The notes under the pieces were generated by a model. It searched no databases. It was not told the DNA's origin and worked only from the letters and a program-made list of their open reading frames with translations. Positions 30,536 to 40,956 of a stretch of DNA of 64,000 bases are shown in pieces (positions within the stretch are counted from its first letter, which is position 1; each line of letters begins with the position of its first letter). Origin of the DNA: Parcubacteria group bacterium. GTDB lineage: Bacteria; Patescibacteriota; Minisyncoccia; Phycocordibacterales; Phycocordibacteraceae. The stretch covers positions 913 to 64,912 of the forward strand of contig JAQBRG010000005.1 of assembly GCA_028286615.1 (NCBI GenBank), written 5' to 3'. Position numbers and translations under genes: made by a program.

Positions 30536-30572
30536 ACTTCGCACCAATCTCTTACCAAAGAGGGAAGCCCGA

Positions 30573-30736
30573 TCACTCGGGCTTTTTCCTTTTCATATCT
30601 TTTACAATATCAGCGAAGCAAAGTTTACAGATATGGAGTTTCTTAACCATGCGTTGAGCGTTCGGAGGACTAAAAGGATTGCACCAAAGTCTGTTAATTC
30701 CTTGTGACAACGATCGCAGGTTGGTCTTATTGCCAT
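30573..30736 (-). pseudogene. Small CxxC...CxxC zinc-finger ORF with a frameshift
   Basis: MAIRPTCDRCHKELTDFGAIL then shifted frame SPPNAQRMVKKLHICKLCF...; break at A4 run 30672-30675. Confidence 0.5.
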
Positions 30737-30742
30737 AAATAT

Positions 30743-30898
30743 CTAATTAGCGCTCACCGTACTCTCAATACCGCACCAAGGACAGAACCATTTCTCCTTA
30801 TCCTTCGGCGCGTCTCCAATGCTCCACCATTTCTTACACGCTCCGCATTGAAAGTGCACAAGCTGTTCCATAGATGTCTTATGAGATTTGTCTTCCAT
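30743..30898 (-). CDS. 51-aa zinc-ribbon protein
   Basis: MEDKSHKTSMEQLVHFQCGACKKWWSIGDAPKDKEKWFCPWCGIESTVSAN; starts 3 nt after recR stop. Confidence 0.65.
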   Translation of the reverse strand: MEDKSHKTSMEQLVHFQCGACKKWWSIGDAPKDKEKWFCPWCGIESTVSAN

Positions 30899-30901
30899 GG
30901 C

Positions 30902-31507
30902 TTAGGTTTCTTTGCGGTTAGCGAGAGCACCTGAAAGTGTTTCTGCATCTGAATACTCAAGTTCAGAACCAGTTGCAAGGCCTCGTCCAAGTGCTGAGAT
31001 ACGAATAGTCGCACGAAGCGGTTGCAACACTTCGCGTACGCGGTCTGCCGTATTTTCGCCTTCGCTCGTTGCAGAAAGGGCGAGCACAATCTCTTGAAGC
31101 CCAGTCTTTGAACGTGCTTCAACAACACGTATTAAATCTCGTTCTCGAATAACACCTTTGCCTGAGAGGGTTATAACCCCGCCAAGGACAAAGTATCGGC
31201 CACGATATGCATTCGCCCGTTCAACCGCTGCAAGATCCTGGTCTTTCTCAACAACCATTAATAAGGAATCGTCCCGGCTGCGATCTGCACAGTAGCTACA
31301 GAGTTCTTCTGGGCTGGTTGGTGCAAAGCGCATGCACATACGGCACTGGCGAATATCGTTTCCAAGGGTAAGCAGAAGATCTGCAATACGAGAACGATCT
31401 GCAGGAGGCACGGTTAGAAGGTAGTACACAAAGCGTTTTGCCTGCCTTGGGCCTATGCCAGGGAAGCGTTCGAACGCACGCGAAAGGTCTTCAATACGAT
31501 CCGCCAT
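30902..31507 (-). CDS. recR: Recombination protein RecR
   Basis: FPGIGPRQA.R, C4 zinc finger, Toprim YFVLGG, EGENT. Confidence 0.93.
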   Translation of the reverse strand: MADRIEDLSRAFERFPGIGPRQAKRFVYYLLTVPPADRSRIADLLLTLGNDIRQCRMCMRFAPTSPEELCSYCADRSRDDSLLMVVEKDQDLAAVERANAYRGRYFVLGGVITLSGKGVIRERDLIRVVEARSKTGLQEIVLALSATSEGENTADRVREVLQPLRATIRISALGRGLATGSELEYSDAETLSGALANRKET

Positions 31508-31509
31508 AT

Positions 31510-32874
31510 CTAAAATTCGCTAGCTAAGCTCCCGTATCCAGAACGATCCATGGGAAGGAAGCTGGTACGCTTCTCATCGAAGATAAGCTCAACACTTCCC
31601 GTAGGTCCGTTACGATGCTTCTCAACAAGGATCTCAGCCACGTTGTGCCTATCGCTATCCGGATTCCCCTTGTCTTCGCGATGTATGAACATAACAACGT
31701 CCGCGTCCTGCTCAATAGAACCTGAGTCTCGAAGGTCTGAGAGGCGAGGCTTTCCTCCGCGCTGCTCAACGGCACGAGAGAGCTGTGAGAGGGCAAGCAC
31801 AGGCACCTCAAGCTCGCGAGCAAGCTGCTTGAGGGAGCGAGAGATTTCTGTAACCTGCTGCACCATAGAGTCTGAAGACTTGGTACTTGTGGGAGCCATG
31901 AGCTGAAGATAGTCCACGATGATAAGACCGATACCGCGTTCACGTTTCAAACGGCGAGCAACGGCACGCATGGCAAGAATGTTGTTTGCAGGCTTGTCAT
32001 CAATATAGATAGGAGCCTTGGAGAGAGACTCGAGCGCGTCACGAATCTTTGCAAAATCGTCCTCAGTGTTAACCGCTCCGGTGCGAATCTTCCATGAGTT
32101 CACATAGGACTCAGCAGAAAGCATACGGTCAATGATCTGCTCTGAACTCATCTCGAGCGAGAAGATACCAACTGGTACGTTGTGCTGTACTGCTGCGTTA
32201 CGTGCGATGTTAAGCGCGAACGATGTCTTTCCCACGGATGGACGAGCCGCAAGGATAATAAGGTCGGAAGGATGAAGTCCTGAGAGAAGATTGTCGAGGT
32301 CAGGGAAGCCGGTTGGCGTTCCGCGAATTGCTCCGTCGTTCTTAGACATGGCCTCAATACGCTCCATGGTCTCGATAGCTTTCTCTGAGATAGCAACGAA
32401 CTTGTGTGACGCTGAAGCGTTTCCAATAGCGTAGATAGATTTCTCAGCGTGGTCTAGAACCTCCGCTGTCTCTCGTCCGTCTTCGTACGCCATCTCGGTA
32501 ATCTCGTGCGAGGTATCGATAAGAGAACGCATAACATGCTTTCGAGATACGAGATCTGCGTAGTGATGAAAGTTGCCAGGGGTAGGGGCTTGGCTCGCAA
32601 GTTCTGCAATATACGCACGTCCTCCTACGCGCTCAAGAACACCGCGGTCGTTCAAGCGCTCGCCAAGCGAAAGCATATCGATAGGTTCGCCGCGATCTGT
32701 GAGTTCGCGCATCGCTTCGAATATAAGCTGGTGCTTTTCTGCGTAAAAGGAATCAGCCTTCACGATGTCGGACACATCATGAATAGCATCTGGTTTAAGG
32801 AGGAGGGAACCTAAGAGTGCACGTTCAGAATCAAGACTCTGAGGAGGAACGCGCATCGCTGAGTTCTGGGCCAT
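31510..32874 (-). CDS. dnaB: Replicative DNA helicase
   Basis: AARPSVGKT, DYLQL, LSQLSR, DLRDSGSIEQDAD. Confidence 0.96.
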   Translation of the reverse strand: MAQNSAMRVPPQSLDSERALLGSLLLKPDAIHDVSDIVKADSFYAEKHQLIFEAMRELTDRGEPIDMLSLGERLNDRGVLERVGGRAYIAELASQAPTPGNFHHYADLVSRKHVMRSLIDTSHEITEMAYEDGRETAEVLDHAEKSIYAIGNASASHKFVAISEKAIETMERIEAMSKNDGAIRGTPTGFPDLDNLLSGLHPSDLIILAARPSVGKTSFALNIARNAAVQHNVPVGIFSLEMSSEQIIDRMLSAESYVNSWKIRTGAVNTEDDFAKIRDALESLSKAPIYIDDKPANNILAMRAVARRLKRERGIGLIIVDYLQLMAPTSTKSSDSMVQQVTEISRSLKQLARELEVPVLALSQLSRAVEQRGGKPRLSDLRDSGSIEQDADVVMFIHREDKGNPDSDRHNVAEILVEKHRNGPTGSVELIFDEKRTSFLPMDRSGYGSLASEF

Positions 32875-32887
32875 TCCCTCAATTGTA

Positions 32888-34363
32888 TCAACCGGGCCTC
32901 TTGGTGACTATGGTGCCAGAAGGGGTGTCATCAACACGATATCCCCTGTTCTCTATGTGGATACGTATTTCGTCTGAACGTGCAAAATCCTGAGAAAGGC
33001 GCGCAGCGTCTCGTTCTTGAGCTAACTTCTGTATGTCTGCCGGAATAGGAGCTGGAGCTTCAGAGCGGGGAGGGTGCGTAAGAGAAAGCCCGAGCACTTC
33101 TTCTGCTGAGGTAACAACACCCCATATTTGTGGGTGCGAGAGGTCGTCGTCCTTAAGAACATCCCACAGAAGTGCCAGAGCTTTTGGTGTAGCAAGATCG
33201 TTCCTGAGTGTTGCAACCATGGTGCGGCTCGCATCCGAAGGGAGAGTGCGTCCCTTAGAGCTAACCTTCGCTTCGCGGGCTAGTCTCCAGAGTTTGTGGA
33301 GTGCCTCGTTAGACGCAGCGAGCGCTTCCCAGGTGAAATCTATAGGAGTGCGGTAGTGCGCCTGGAGGAAGAAATAGCGAAGAGCAAGCGGGTGATATCC
33401 GCGTTCGATAATATCGGATACATACACATCGTTGCCTAAAGACTTCGAAATCTTTTCGTCTTTGAGCGTAACGAATGCCTCGTGTAGCCAGTAGCGCGCG
33501 AGAGGTTTTCCGTTAGCCGCTTCAGACTGCGCAATCTCGTTGTTGTGATGCACTGGTATGTGGTCTATGCCTCCCGTGTGGATGTCTATAGTAATACCAA
33601 GTAATGCATGAATCATGGCCGAACATTCGATATGCCAGCCTGGAAAGCCGTAACCCCAAGGAGAATTCCATTCCTGAAGACGTCTTGAGTCAGCGTTTGA
33701 GAACTTCCATAATGCAAAGTCTGCTGGATGTTTCTTTTCTTTGTTTTCAGCTATACGTCGCCCAATGCTTGAAAGCGCTTCTTCGCGAGACAGTACACCA
33801 TGTATGTTTCCAAGTTTGCCGTAATCTCCGAACTTGGAAGTATCAAAATAGATGCCATCTTGTGTGGCATAGGTAAATCCTTTTTTCTCTAGAATTTGTG
33901 TAAGAGCTATCTGCTCCTTTATATATTCAGTTGCGCGAGGGAAAAGAATAGACCCAGTGTCCAGATTGAGAAGCTGGATATCTTCCAAGAACATTTTGGT
34001 GTATCGATCTGCCACTTGCTTCGCACTTAATCCTTCACGTTTGGCACCCAGGGCCATTTTGTCTTCTCCGCTGTCTGCGTCGGCAACTAAGTGTCCTACG
34101 TCTGTGATATTCATAACGCGTCGTACTTGGTACCCGGCCTGCATAAGCACTCGAGCAACCAAATCTGAAAAGACAGGTGCTTTCATGTTCCCGATATGCA
34201 TCTTGCTGTATACCGTTGGTCCGCAGGAATACATAGACACCTGCCCAACCTTTTGCGGAGAGAATATTTCTCTGTTGCCGGAAAGCGTATTTGTAAAGAA
34301 TACCGGTGCGTTTAAGAGGGTCGGCTTGCTTTCTTTGGAGAATAGATTCGAGAACCAGGACAT
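32888..34363 (-). CDS. cysS: Cysteine--tRNA ligase
   Basis: CGPTVY..HIGN, PGWHIECSAM, KISKS. Confidence 0.95.
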   Translation of the reverse strand: MSWFSNLFSKESKPTLLNAPVFFTNTLSGNREIFSPQKVGQVSMYSCGPTVYSKMHIGNMKAPVFSDLVARVLMQAGYQVRRVMNITDVGHLVADADSGEDKMALGAKREGLSAKQVADRYTKMFLEDIQLLNLDTGSILFPRATEYIKEQIALTQILEKKGFTYATQDGIYFDTSKFGDYGKLGNIHGVLSREEALSSIGRRIAENKEKKHPADFALWKFSNADSRRLQEWNSPWGYGFPGWHIECSAMIHALLGITIDIHTGGIDHIPVHHNNEIAQSEAANGKPLARYWLHEAFVTLKDEKISKSLGNDVYVSDIIERGYHPLALRYFFLQAHYRTPIDFTWEALAASNEALHKLWRLAREAKVSSKGRTLPSDASRTMVATLRNDLATPKALALLWDVLKDDDLSHPQIWGVVTSAEEVLGLSLTHPPRSEAPAPIPADIQKLAQERDAARLSQDFARSDEIRIHIENRGYRVDDTPSGTIVTKRPG

Positions 34364-34380
34364 GCCCAAAACTATACCAT

Positions 34381-35298
34381 TTATAGCCAGCGCTTCAGAC
34401 GGAAGAACGTAAAGGAGAGAATACCTGCAATAGCCATGATGCAAAGAATCTTCCAGAAACCAATAGGATCGTTCGTAAACGGCATGTGGATTACATTCAT
34501 ACCGAATATAGATGCGACAAGCGTAAGGGGAAGAGCACCCACGGCCATAACCGTAAATGTCTTCATAACCTGGTTTTGAGAAGAGGAGAGGAGTGAGTCA
34601 TTCGTAACACGAAGTTCGGTTGCAACGGCACGATACGAAGAGACAAGTGCAGCAGCATGTTTTCGTTCTGCTTCAATGTGCGCAGCGTGTGGGACAAACT
34701 GCTTGCCGAAGAACTCGGGGGCACCAAGATTGGTAAGGAAGATGTTTAGCGGCTCCTCATGTCTTGTTAGCGTTGTCTCAAAACGAAGAAGACTACGGCC
34801 GGCTTCAGATATAGTGCGCACTGTCTGACGTTCTTTGCCAGCGAAAATATCTTTCTCAATACGCTCAAGCATGCGTGCAGACTGCTCTGCCTCGCTACTA
34901 ATTGCCGCATAGAGTCTGCGCATAACCCGCTCGAGAAGTTCTGCAGTCTTAGAACCTTTCTCAGGAATGCCGAGTAACTCTTCTGCCTCAAATACCTTAT
35001 GGAGGTTGTATATAGACTCGATTGTTTCGTATCTCGAGGTTATGAGGAAGTTCTTGCCGATGATGAAATCAACCTCTTGAATACGTGTCTCGCCCTTAGA
35101 TTCAGCAGTAGGGAAGTGCAGGATTATATATAGGTACTCAGGAGCTGAGATGGTGAGGGGGTAGGGAGTAGGGGAAATGATCTCCTCTTCGATACGAGGA
35201 TCAATGTTGAATTCCTGCATTATGCCCGCAAGTTCTTCAGAAGTGGGGGACTCCAAATCTATCCAAGTAGTGTTGCCGCGCTCATGGCGAGTGATCAT
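34381..35298 (-). CDS. corA: CorA family Mg2+ transporter
   Basis: W.DL..P, N.VMK.FT, FGMN. Confidence 0.88.
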   Translation of the reverse strand: MITRHERGNTTWIDLESPTSEELAGIMQEFNIDPRIEEEIISPTPYPLTISAPEYLYIILHFPTAESKGETRIQEVDFIIGKNFLITSRYETIESIYNLHKVFEAEELLGIPEKGSKTAELLERVMRRLYAAISSEAEQSARMLERIEKDIFAGKERQTVRTISEAGRSLLRFETTLTRHEEPLNIFLTNLGAPEFFGKQFVPHAAHIEAERKHAAALVSSYRAVATELRVTNDSLLSSSQNQVMKTFTVMAVGALPLTLVASIFGMNVIHMPFTNDPIGFWKILCIMAIAGILSFTFFRLKRWL

Positions 35299-35349
35299 GT
35301 CTGAAGTATAGCAATAGAGTCACAGTAAAAAGTGATATACTGTTCATAT

Positions 35350-36636
35350 ATGTATGAAGACGACGCAGATCTCGGGGAAAAAGTAGAGGGAGATAAGAAA
35401 AGTGTGTGGGAGAGTCTGCGTTCTTTTCGTTTTGCAGCAGCACTCGCGCTCATGCTCGCCATCGGTTTTGCAGGCGGCATCTCAGTTAATGCTGAAGGCG
35501 CAACTCGCGTTCTCTCAAATATAGCCGCGCTCGGAGGCGGACTCGATGCAACTCCTGCAGAAGACGCAGACCTGACCGATTTTTGGAAAGCATGGAATAC
35601 GCTTGATGGACGTTTCGTACAAACTCATGCCTCCTCAACACTCCCGGGTTCCAAAGAGAAACTGTGGGGAGCTATCCAAGGCCTCGCTGATTCCTACGGC
35701 GACCCGTACACCGTATTCATGCCTCCTTCTGAGGCAAAGGTCTTCCAGGAGGACATCAAAGGAAACTTTGAAGGTGTTGGTATGGAGATAGGAGAGAAGG
35801 ACGGCATTCTTACCGTTATCGCGCCTCTCAAAGACACTCCAGCAGAGCGTGCAGGACTTCGCCCGGGCGACGGCATCCTTGCGATTGACGGCACGTCTAC
35901 TGACGGACTTTCAACAGACGAAGCCATTAAGCTCATTCGCGGACCAAAGGGGTCTATTGTTACGTTCCGCATCTTCCGTGCAGGAGAGATAAGCGACTTC
36001 AAGGTTACGCGCGACACTATCCAAGTTCCAACCATTAAGGAAGACCTTGATAAGGCTTCTGGTGTGTACACCATCGCTCTCTACACCTTTACGGCAAACT
36101 CTGGAGACCTATTCGCTAGAGCAATCTCTAACTTCAACGCCTCGGGTTCTAAGAAACTCATTATCGATCTTCGTGGAGACCCGGGTGGCTACCTTGAAGC
36201 TGCCGTTTCTATCGCAAGCAACTTCCTTCCAGAAGGTGCGGTTGTGGTAACGGAAGACTACAAGGGCAAGCAAGAAAACATTGTGCACCGAAGCACTGGC
36301 AAGGGAACTATCGGAAAGGATGTGAAAGTAGCCATCCTTATAGACCAGGGCTCAGCGTCTGCGTCAGAGATTCTCTCAGGAGCACTTCAAGACGCTAAGA
36401 TTGCAACCCTCATTGGTACTCGCTCATTCGGAAAGGGCTCAGTACAAGAACTTGTTAACATCAATGGCGGCGCACTTAAGGTTACAGTTGCTCGTTGGCT
36501 CACTCCATCAGGTCGCTCTATCTCAGATGGAGGCCTCACTGCAGACATCAAAGCAGACCTTACGGTTGAAGATGTGAAGGCAGGGAAGGACCCTCAGAAG
36601 GCACGCGCCATTGAGTTCCTAACTACTGGGAAATAA
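35350..36636 (+). CDS. S41 C-terminal processing protease
   Basis: DPYT, PDZ domain, DLRGDPGG, SASASEI, FGKGSVQ. Confidence 0.92.
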   Translation: MYEDDADLGEKVEGDKKSVWESLRSFRFAAALALMLAIGFAGGISVNAEGATRVLSNIAALGGGLDATPAEDADLTDFWKAWNTLDGRFVQTHASSTLPGSKEKLWGAIQGLADSYGDPYTVFMPPSEAKVFQEDIKGNFEGVGMEIGEKDGILTVIAPLKDTPAERAGLRPGDGILAIDGTSTDGLSTDEAIKLIRGPKGSIVTFRIFRAGEISDFKVTRDTIQVPTIKEDLDKASGVYTIALYTFTANSGDLFARAISNFNASGSKKLIIDLRGDPGGYLEAAVSIASNFLPEGAVVVTEDYKGKQENIVHRSTGKGTIGKDVKVAILIDQGSASASEILSGALQDAKIATLIGTRSFGKGSVQELVNINGGALKVTVARWLTPSGRSISDGGLTADIKADLTVEDVKAGKDPQKARAIEFLTTGK

Positions 36637-36679
36637 ATATAAACAAACAGGGCTGCACTATAGATGTGCAGCCCCTTGT

Positions 36680-37003
36680 TTATAGCTCAGCCAATCCGAA
36701 GACCAACACACCTCGTCGCTGCTGATCCCTTCTGGGATAAAGTTCAGATAAGCGTCGCATAATTTCATGAACCGGAACGCCAGGAGCAATAAGCTCTGGA
36801 GGTTCTGTCCGCATCATCGAAAAGAAATCAGAATAGCTACGAATAGCAGTGACGCGCCTTTTTACTTGACGGTTGAAGACGAGAACGTCACCGGTCTTAA
36901 TCTTTAGAGTTCGGTCATCCTTCACTCTAATTTCAAGAGCCTTACCCCGTTTGAAAAGGGGCATTACGTCGTTTGCAATTCGCAAGTCGTGCTCACAAGA
37001 CAT
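36680..37003 (-). CDS. ASCH/PUA domain protein
   Basis: G.K..EIR, IK.GD.L.F, Y..F..M. Confidence 0.7.
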   Translation of the reverse strand: MSCEHDLRIANDVMPLFKRGKALEIRVKDDRTLKIKTGDVLVFNRQVKRRVTAIRSYSDFFSMMRTEPPELIAPGVPVHEIMRRLSELYPRRDQQRRGVLVFGLAEL

Positions 37004-37105
37004 CGCTTTCCCCTTTTCCGAATCTGAGTAGAATAAAACACACTTTACCCTAGATGTCGAGAATAAATTGCAATAGCTCGTACAAAAGAGTAAACTAGCC
37101 CCACT

Positions 37106-37531
37106 ATGAAAGTCATTTTAACCAAGGACGTGAAAGCAACAGGGAAGGGAGGCAGTATCGTTGAATGCGCTGATGGGCACGCAATGAACTTCCTTATTCC
37201 TCGTGGCCTCGCTATTCCGGCAACCGCAGCAAACCTCAAGAAGGCTGAAACCTTCAAACAGCAGGAAACCGATCGCAAGGAACTAGACCACAAGCTAGTA
37301 TCAGCGCGTATCGCAGCTCTTGCTGAGGAACGTATTGTTATCAAGAAAAAGGCAAACGACAAGGGACACCTATACGATGCTGTCGATGCGGCTGAGATTG
37401 CTGCGGCAACAGATCTTCCTGAGGAAGCTATAAAGCTTGAAAAGCCTATTAAGGATCTTGGAGAGATTGAAGTACCTGTCGCTATTGGCGAAGTATTCGG
37501 AAAGATAACGGTTGTTATCGAAGCAGAGTAG
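37106..37531 (+). CDS. rplI: 50S ribosomal protein L9
   Basis: MKVIL.KDV, DG.A.NFLIPRG.A. Confidence 0.93.
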   Translation: MKVILTKDVKATGKGGSIVECADGHAMNFLIPRGLAIPATAANLKKAETFKQQETDRKELDHKLVSARIAALAEERIVIKKKANDKGHLYDAVDAAEIAAATDLPEEAIKLEKPIKDLGEIEVPVAIGEVFGKITVVIEAE

Positions 37532-37601
37532 TTAAAGATACAAACGTAAAAAGAGACGCTCCTCCTGGGGCGTCTCTTTGTTTTGTGTTGCGGTGTTGAA
37601 T

Positions 37602-38696
37602 TTAGGAGGCGTCAGCAGGCTCCTCGACCTTCTTGACGTAGGCGACGACCTCAGCAAGCCACTCGTTCATATTTCCGCGAGGCTTGAGATTGCATTCATT
37701 GAGCCATTTCTTGGCAGCTTCGCTCTTGAGCTCAGCTCTAAGAGCGTCATGATCAACCTCGACAGTGCCGGCCTCCACGTTGATGGTGAGCAGGCGGAAG
37801 TTTTGTCGACGACTCATCCACGCAGTGCGAACGAATCGTTCGAAGATAGATGGATTCTTAGGATTGAATTTTCCGTCCAGTACTTCAACCCGCAGAGGGA
37901 TTGCGTGGCCGAGACCATCCGTCATCAGCGACGGAGTGAGGTTGATTTCGAATCGGGTGGCAGATAGGGCTTCGCGGAACTTTCTGGCGTCCGCCTCAAC
38001 TCGAGCCGCTGCGGTTTTTGCGTCAGCGAGGTCAGAGCTCTTATTGGCGATGGTCCTTTCCCTATCGGCAAGTGAATTTTGAAGCTCAGCGTTCTGAGTT
38101 TTCAGTTCATCCGTTTCAAGTGATGTGCGGGCCGTGGCAGCTCTGGTAGGCTTGCGGTTGCGGGTAAAGACAACTAAGAGGAGTAGGGCGCCCAAAGCGG
38201 CGAGGATCAAGCTCTCGATGATTCTCCACAGATTTATAGTTGCGATCTTTTTATTCGCGTCCGCCAACTGAGTTTTCACGTTCGCGGGCTCTTTCTGTGC
38301 GAGGGCCAGTTTGGCCTTAGCGTCAGAAGCCTCTTTCTGCGCAGCAAGCAGCTGCGCCTTGAGCATCGATGTGGCAGCATCTTGCGCCACGATCTGGTTC
38401 GGCGTAGTGGCCGACGGGATATTGATGCCGGTCGCTTTCGTGGCGACGAGAATTTCGCGTTCGCAGGTGCCCCACACATGGTGAACCATGGGGGTGTTGC
38501 GGCCATTGATGATCAGTTCCGTACCGGCGACGAGATGCCGAGCACCCATTTCAGTCAGGTGGTTCTGGGCGAGCGTAGCGTTCTTGCAGACGTTGATTTC
38601 AGCGTTCGTGGGCTTCGCTTGCGCAACCGTGGCAACGCCAAGGCAGACGACAAGAACGGCCATGAAGGCCGCTATATGGTGTTGGAGCGATTTCAT
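37602..38696 (-). CDS. Hypothetical signal-peptide/coiled-coil/TM protein
   Basis: Signal peptide, coiled coil, one TM, second coiled coil; GGAGG RBS. Confidence 0.6.
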   Translation of the reverse strand: MKSLQHHIAAFMAVLVVCLGVATVAQAKPTNAEINVCKNATLAQNHLTEMGARHLVAGTELIINGRNTPMVHHVWGTCEREILVATKATGINIPSATTPNQIVAQDAATSMLKAQLLAAQKEASDAKAKLALAQKEPANVKTQLADANKKIATINLWRIIESLILAALGALLLLVVFTRNRKPTRAATARTSLETDELKTQNAELQNSLADRERTIANKSSDLADAKTAAARVEADARKFREALSATRFEINLTPSLMTDGLGHAIPLRVEVLDGKFNPKNPSIFERFVRTAWMSRRQNFRLLTINVEAGTVEVDHDALRAELKSEAAKKWLNECNLKPRGNMNEWLAEVVAYVKKVEEPADAS

Positions 38697-38810
38697 CGCA
38701 TCCTCCGTATTTCAACTAAAAAGGACTGTGTGTCCTGTGTCTTTTATGCCATAAATAGAGATAAAGAACAACCCCGCAGCTAGTGCGGGGCTTTTCTGTG
38801 GAATGCTTGT

Positions 38811-39092
38811 TTACGCAGGAAGGAGAACGTCTACAACCTTCTTGGTTACCACGCGGCCATCAAAATTGGTCTTGCGGCGGCTACGGAAGGCAACACGGCC
38901 CACAACCATGGAGTATAGGGTGTGGTCATGGCCAACCTTTACGTTCTTGCCGGCTTCGATTTTGGTACCGCGCTGGCGGACAATAACCATGCCTGGGCGA
39001 GCTGCCTGGCCATCAGCAAGCTTAATGCCGAGGTATTTCGGGTTCGAGTCATTGAGGTTTTTTGCTGAGCCTCCTGCTTTTGTGCTTGCCAT
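38811..39092 (-). CDS. rpmA: 50S ribosomal protein L27
   Basis: K.GGS.KN..DS, RQRGTK, DHTL. Confidence 0.95.
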   Translation of the reverse strand: MASTKAGGSAKNLNDSNPKYLGIKLADGQAARPGMVIVRQRGTKIEAGKNVKVGHDHTLYSMVVGRVAFRSRRKTNFDGRVVTKKVVDVLLPA

Positions 39093-39120
39093 ATCAGTAA
39101 ATGCTATTCTTTAGGTAGTT

Positions 39121-39543
39121 ATGAGCATACCAGACCTAGTAGGGCAAGGCAAGGCGCAGTTAAGCCGTATTCCGGCTAATGTCTTTATCGTCTCTATTCT
39201 GGTACTTTCGGCCTCCGCTTCCTTTGGTCTAGGCTTTCTAGCCGGGCAAGACCAGGCTCAGGCAGGGAAGAGTGGGGTATGGGTAGAAGACCTGTTTGCA
39301 GGGCAACAAGTTCAGGCTGTGAGCGAGGCTGCAGTGGCTTCAGCTCCTAAGCCTGCTCTTACAGCGACACCCACCCCAACAGGCACGGGAGCCTACGTAG
39401 CGTCCAAGAGTGGGGAGAAGTACTACCTAACAACCTGTAGCGGCGTGAGTCGTATCAAGGAAGAGAACAAGGTCTATTTCAATACCAAAGCCGAAGCAGA
39501 GGCTAAAGGATATGAGCCAGCAGCAAATTGCCCTGGGTTATAG
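39121..39543 (+). CDS. Membrane protein with Ada-like metal-binding C-terminus
   Basis: YVASKSG.KYY...C....IKEEN...F....EA...GY.P...C. Confidence 0.65.
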   Translation: MSIPDLVGQGKAQLSRIPANVFIVSILVLSASASFGLGFLAGQDQAQAGKSGVWVEDLFAGQQVQAVSEAAVASAPKPALTATPTPTGTGAYVASKSGEKYYLTTCSGVSRIKEENKVYFNTKAEAEAKGYEPAANCPGL

Positions 39544-39557
39544 CGTAGAATAGAGAC

Positions 39558-40154
39558 ATGATTGTTCTTGATGTTGAATCCACTGGCCTTGTTGCTGAAA
39601 GACACTCTATCCTTTCCTTAGGCGCACTTGATCTCGATGATCCAACAAACCAGTTCTATGACGAGTGTCGCGTATGGGATGGTGCTGAGATAGAAGACGA
39701 AGCACTCGCTATAAACGGATTCAGCAGGGAAGAGGCAACAGACTCTTCAAGAAAGTCTGAAGCTGATCTTATACAAGCATTCGTGGCGTGGGCAACAGAT
39801 CGTCCGCAGGAACATACGCTCTCAGCACAGAATCCTTCTATGGATTTAGAATTCGTGCAGGCAGCATGTAAGAGGGCAGGGATAGAGTGTCCTTTCGCGA
39901 AACGCACTATAGATATACATACTGTTGTATGGCTTCACATGCGCATGAATGGAGTTGAGCCTCCAACAAACAAGAAGCGTTCTGCGATAAATCTAGACTA
40001 CGCACTCAAGTACGTTGGTCTTCCTGAAGAGCCAAAACCACATAACGCACTCACTGGTGCCTATTCACATGCAGAAGTGCTCTCGCGCATAGCGTATAAT
40101 CAGAAATTATTGCCTGACTACGAGTCATACGACATACCATGGGAGACGAACTAA
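39558..40154 (+). CDS. DEDDh 3'-5' exonuclease
   Basis: LDVESTG, N..MD..F, HNAL. Confidence 0.82.
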   Translation: MIVLDVESTGLVAERHSILSLGALDLDDPTNQFYDECRVWDGAEIEDEALAINGFSREEATDSSRKSEADLIQAFVAWATDRPQEHTLSAQNPSMDLEFVQAACKRAGIECPFAKRTIDIHTVVWLHMRMNGVEPPTNKKRSAINLDYALKYVGLPEEPKPHNALTGAYSHAEVLSRIAYNQKLLPDYESYDIPWETN

Positions 40155-40951
40155 AAATTTCAACAGAGCCAGACGGAGAACTTGATGTTCCCGGTCTCCC
40201 TGCTGCAATAGGGGAGGGGGAGAACAAAGAGCGTAGCCAGCGTCTTGGTTCAGTACTCGCCGAAGCAATTCAGCACGGCAAGGATAAGGTTCCTGCAGTC
40301 CCAGCGCCTCTCGTCTGTAAACCGCAACAGCTTGAAAGTTGGCGCGTGTTTAAGATCATGGCTGAGTTCGTAGACGGCTTCGATCTTCTTAAGAAATATG
40401 GACTATCAGCAACCTTCTTTGGAAGCGTTCGTACGCAGCCTGAAGATCCATATTACAAAGCAGCCGTTGCGCTCGCAGGGAAGCTCGCTAAGAGCGGCTA
40501 CGCAATTATTTCAGGTGGAAGTGCCGGTATTATGGAAGCCGCCAACAGAGGCGCTCACGAGGCAGGAGGAGCTTCTGTAGGGCTTAATATCCGTCTTTCT
40601 GACAACCAGACTTTCAACAAGTACCTTACGGACTCCATGGTCTTTGACCACTTCTTCGTGCGTAAGGTTATGCTCGCATTCGCTTCAGAAGTGTATGTAT
40701 ACTTCCCAGGAGGCTTTGGTACGCTGGACGAACTAACCGAGATCCTTACACTTGTGCAAACCAAGAAGATTAAGCCTGTTCCAATTGTGCTGTACGGCAA
40801 AGAGTTCTGGACACCTATTGTTGACCTCTTTAAGAACGAACTGTTTGCGAAGTATCACAACATTGATAAAGCAGATCTCAATTTGTTCGTGCTTCTCGAT
40901 TCTGTAGACGAAGCGTATGACTACATTATTAAGAACGTAACGAGCTGCTAA
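40139..40951 (+). CDS. LOG family (TIGR00730) nucleotide phosphoribohydrolase
   Basis: GIMEAANRGA, FFVRK, PGGFGTLDE. Confidence 0.9.
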   Translation: MGDELKISTEPDGELDVPGLPAAIGEGENKERSQRLGSVLAEAIQHGKDKVPAVPAPLVCKPQQLESWRVFKIMAEFVDGFDLLKKYGLSATFFGSVRTQPEDPYYKAAVALAGKLAKSGYAIISGGSAGIMEAANRGAHEAGGASVGLNIRLSDNQTFNKYLTDSMVFDHFFVRKVMLAFASEVYVYFPGGFGTLDELTEILTLVQTKKIKPVPIVLYGKEFWTPIVDLFKNELFAKYHNIDKADLNLFVLLDSVDEAYDYIIKNVTSC

Positions 40952-40956
40952 GACGT

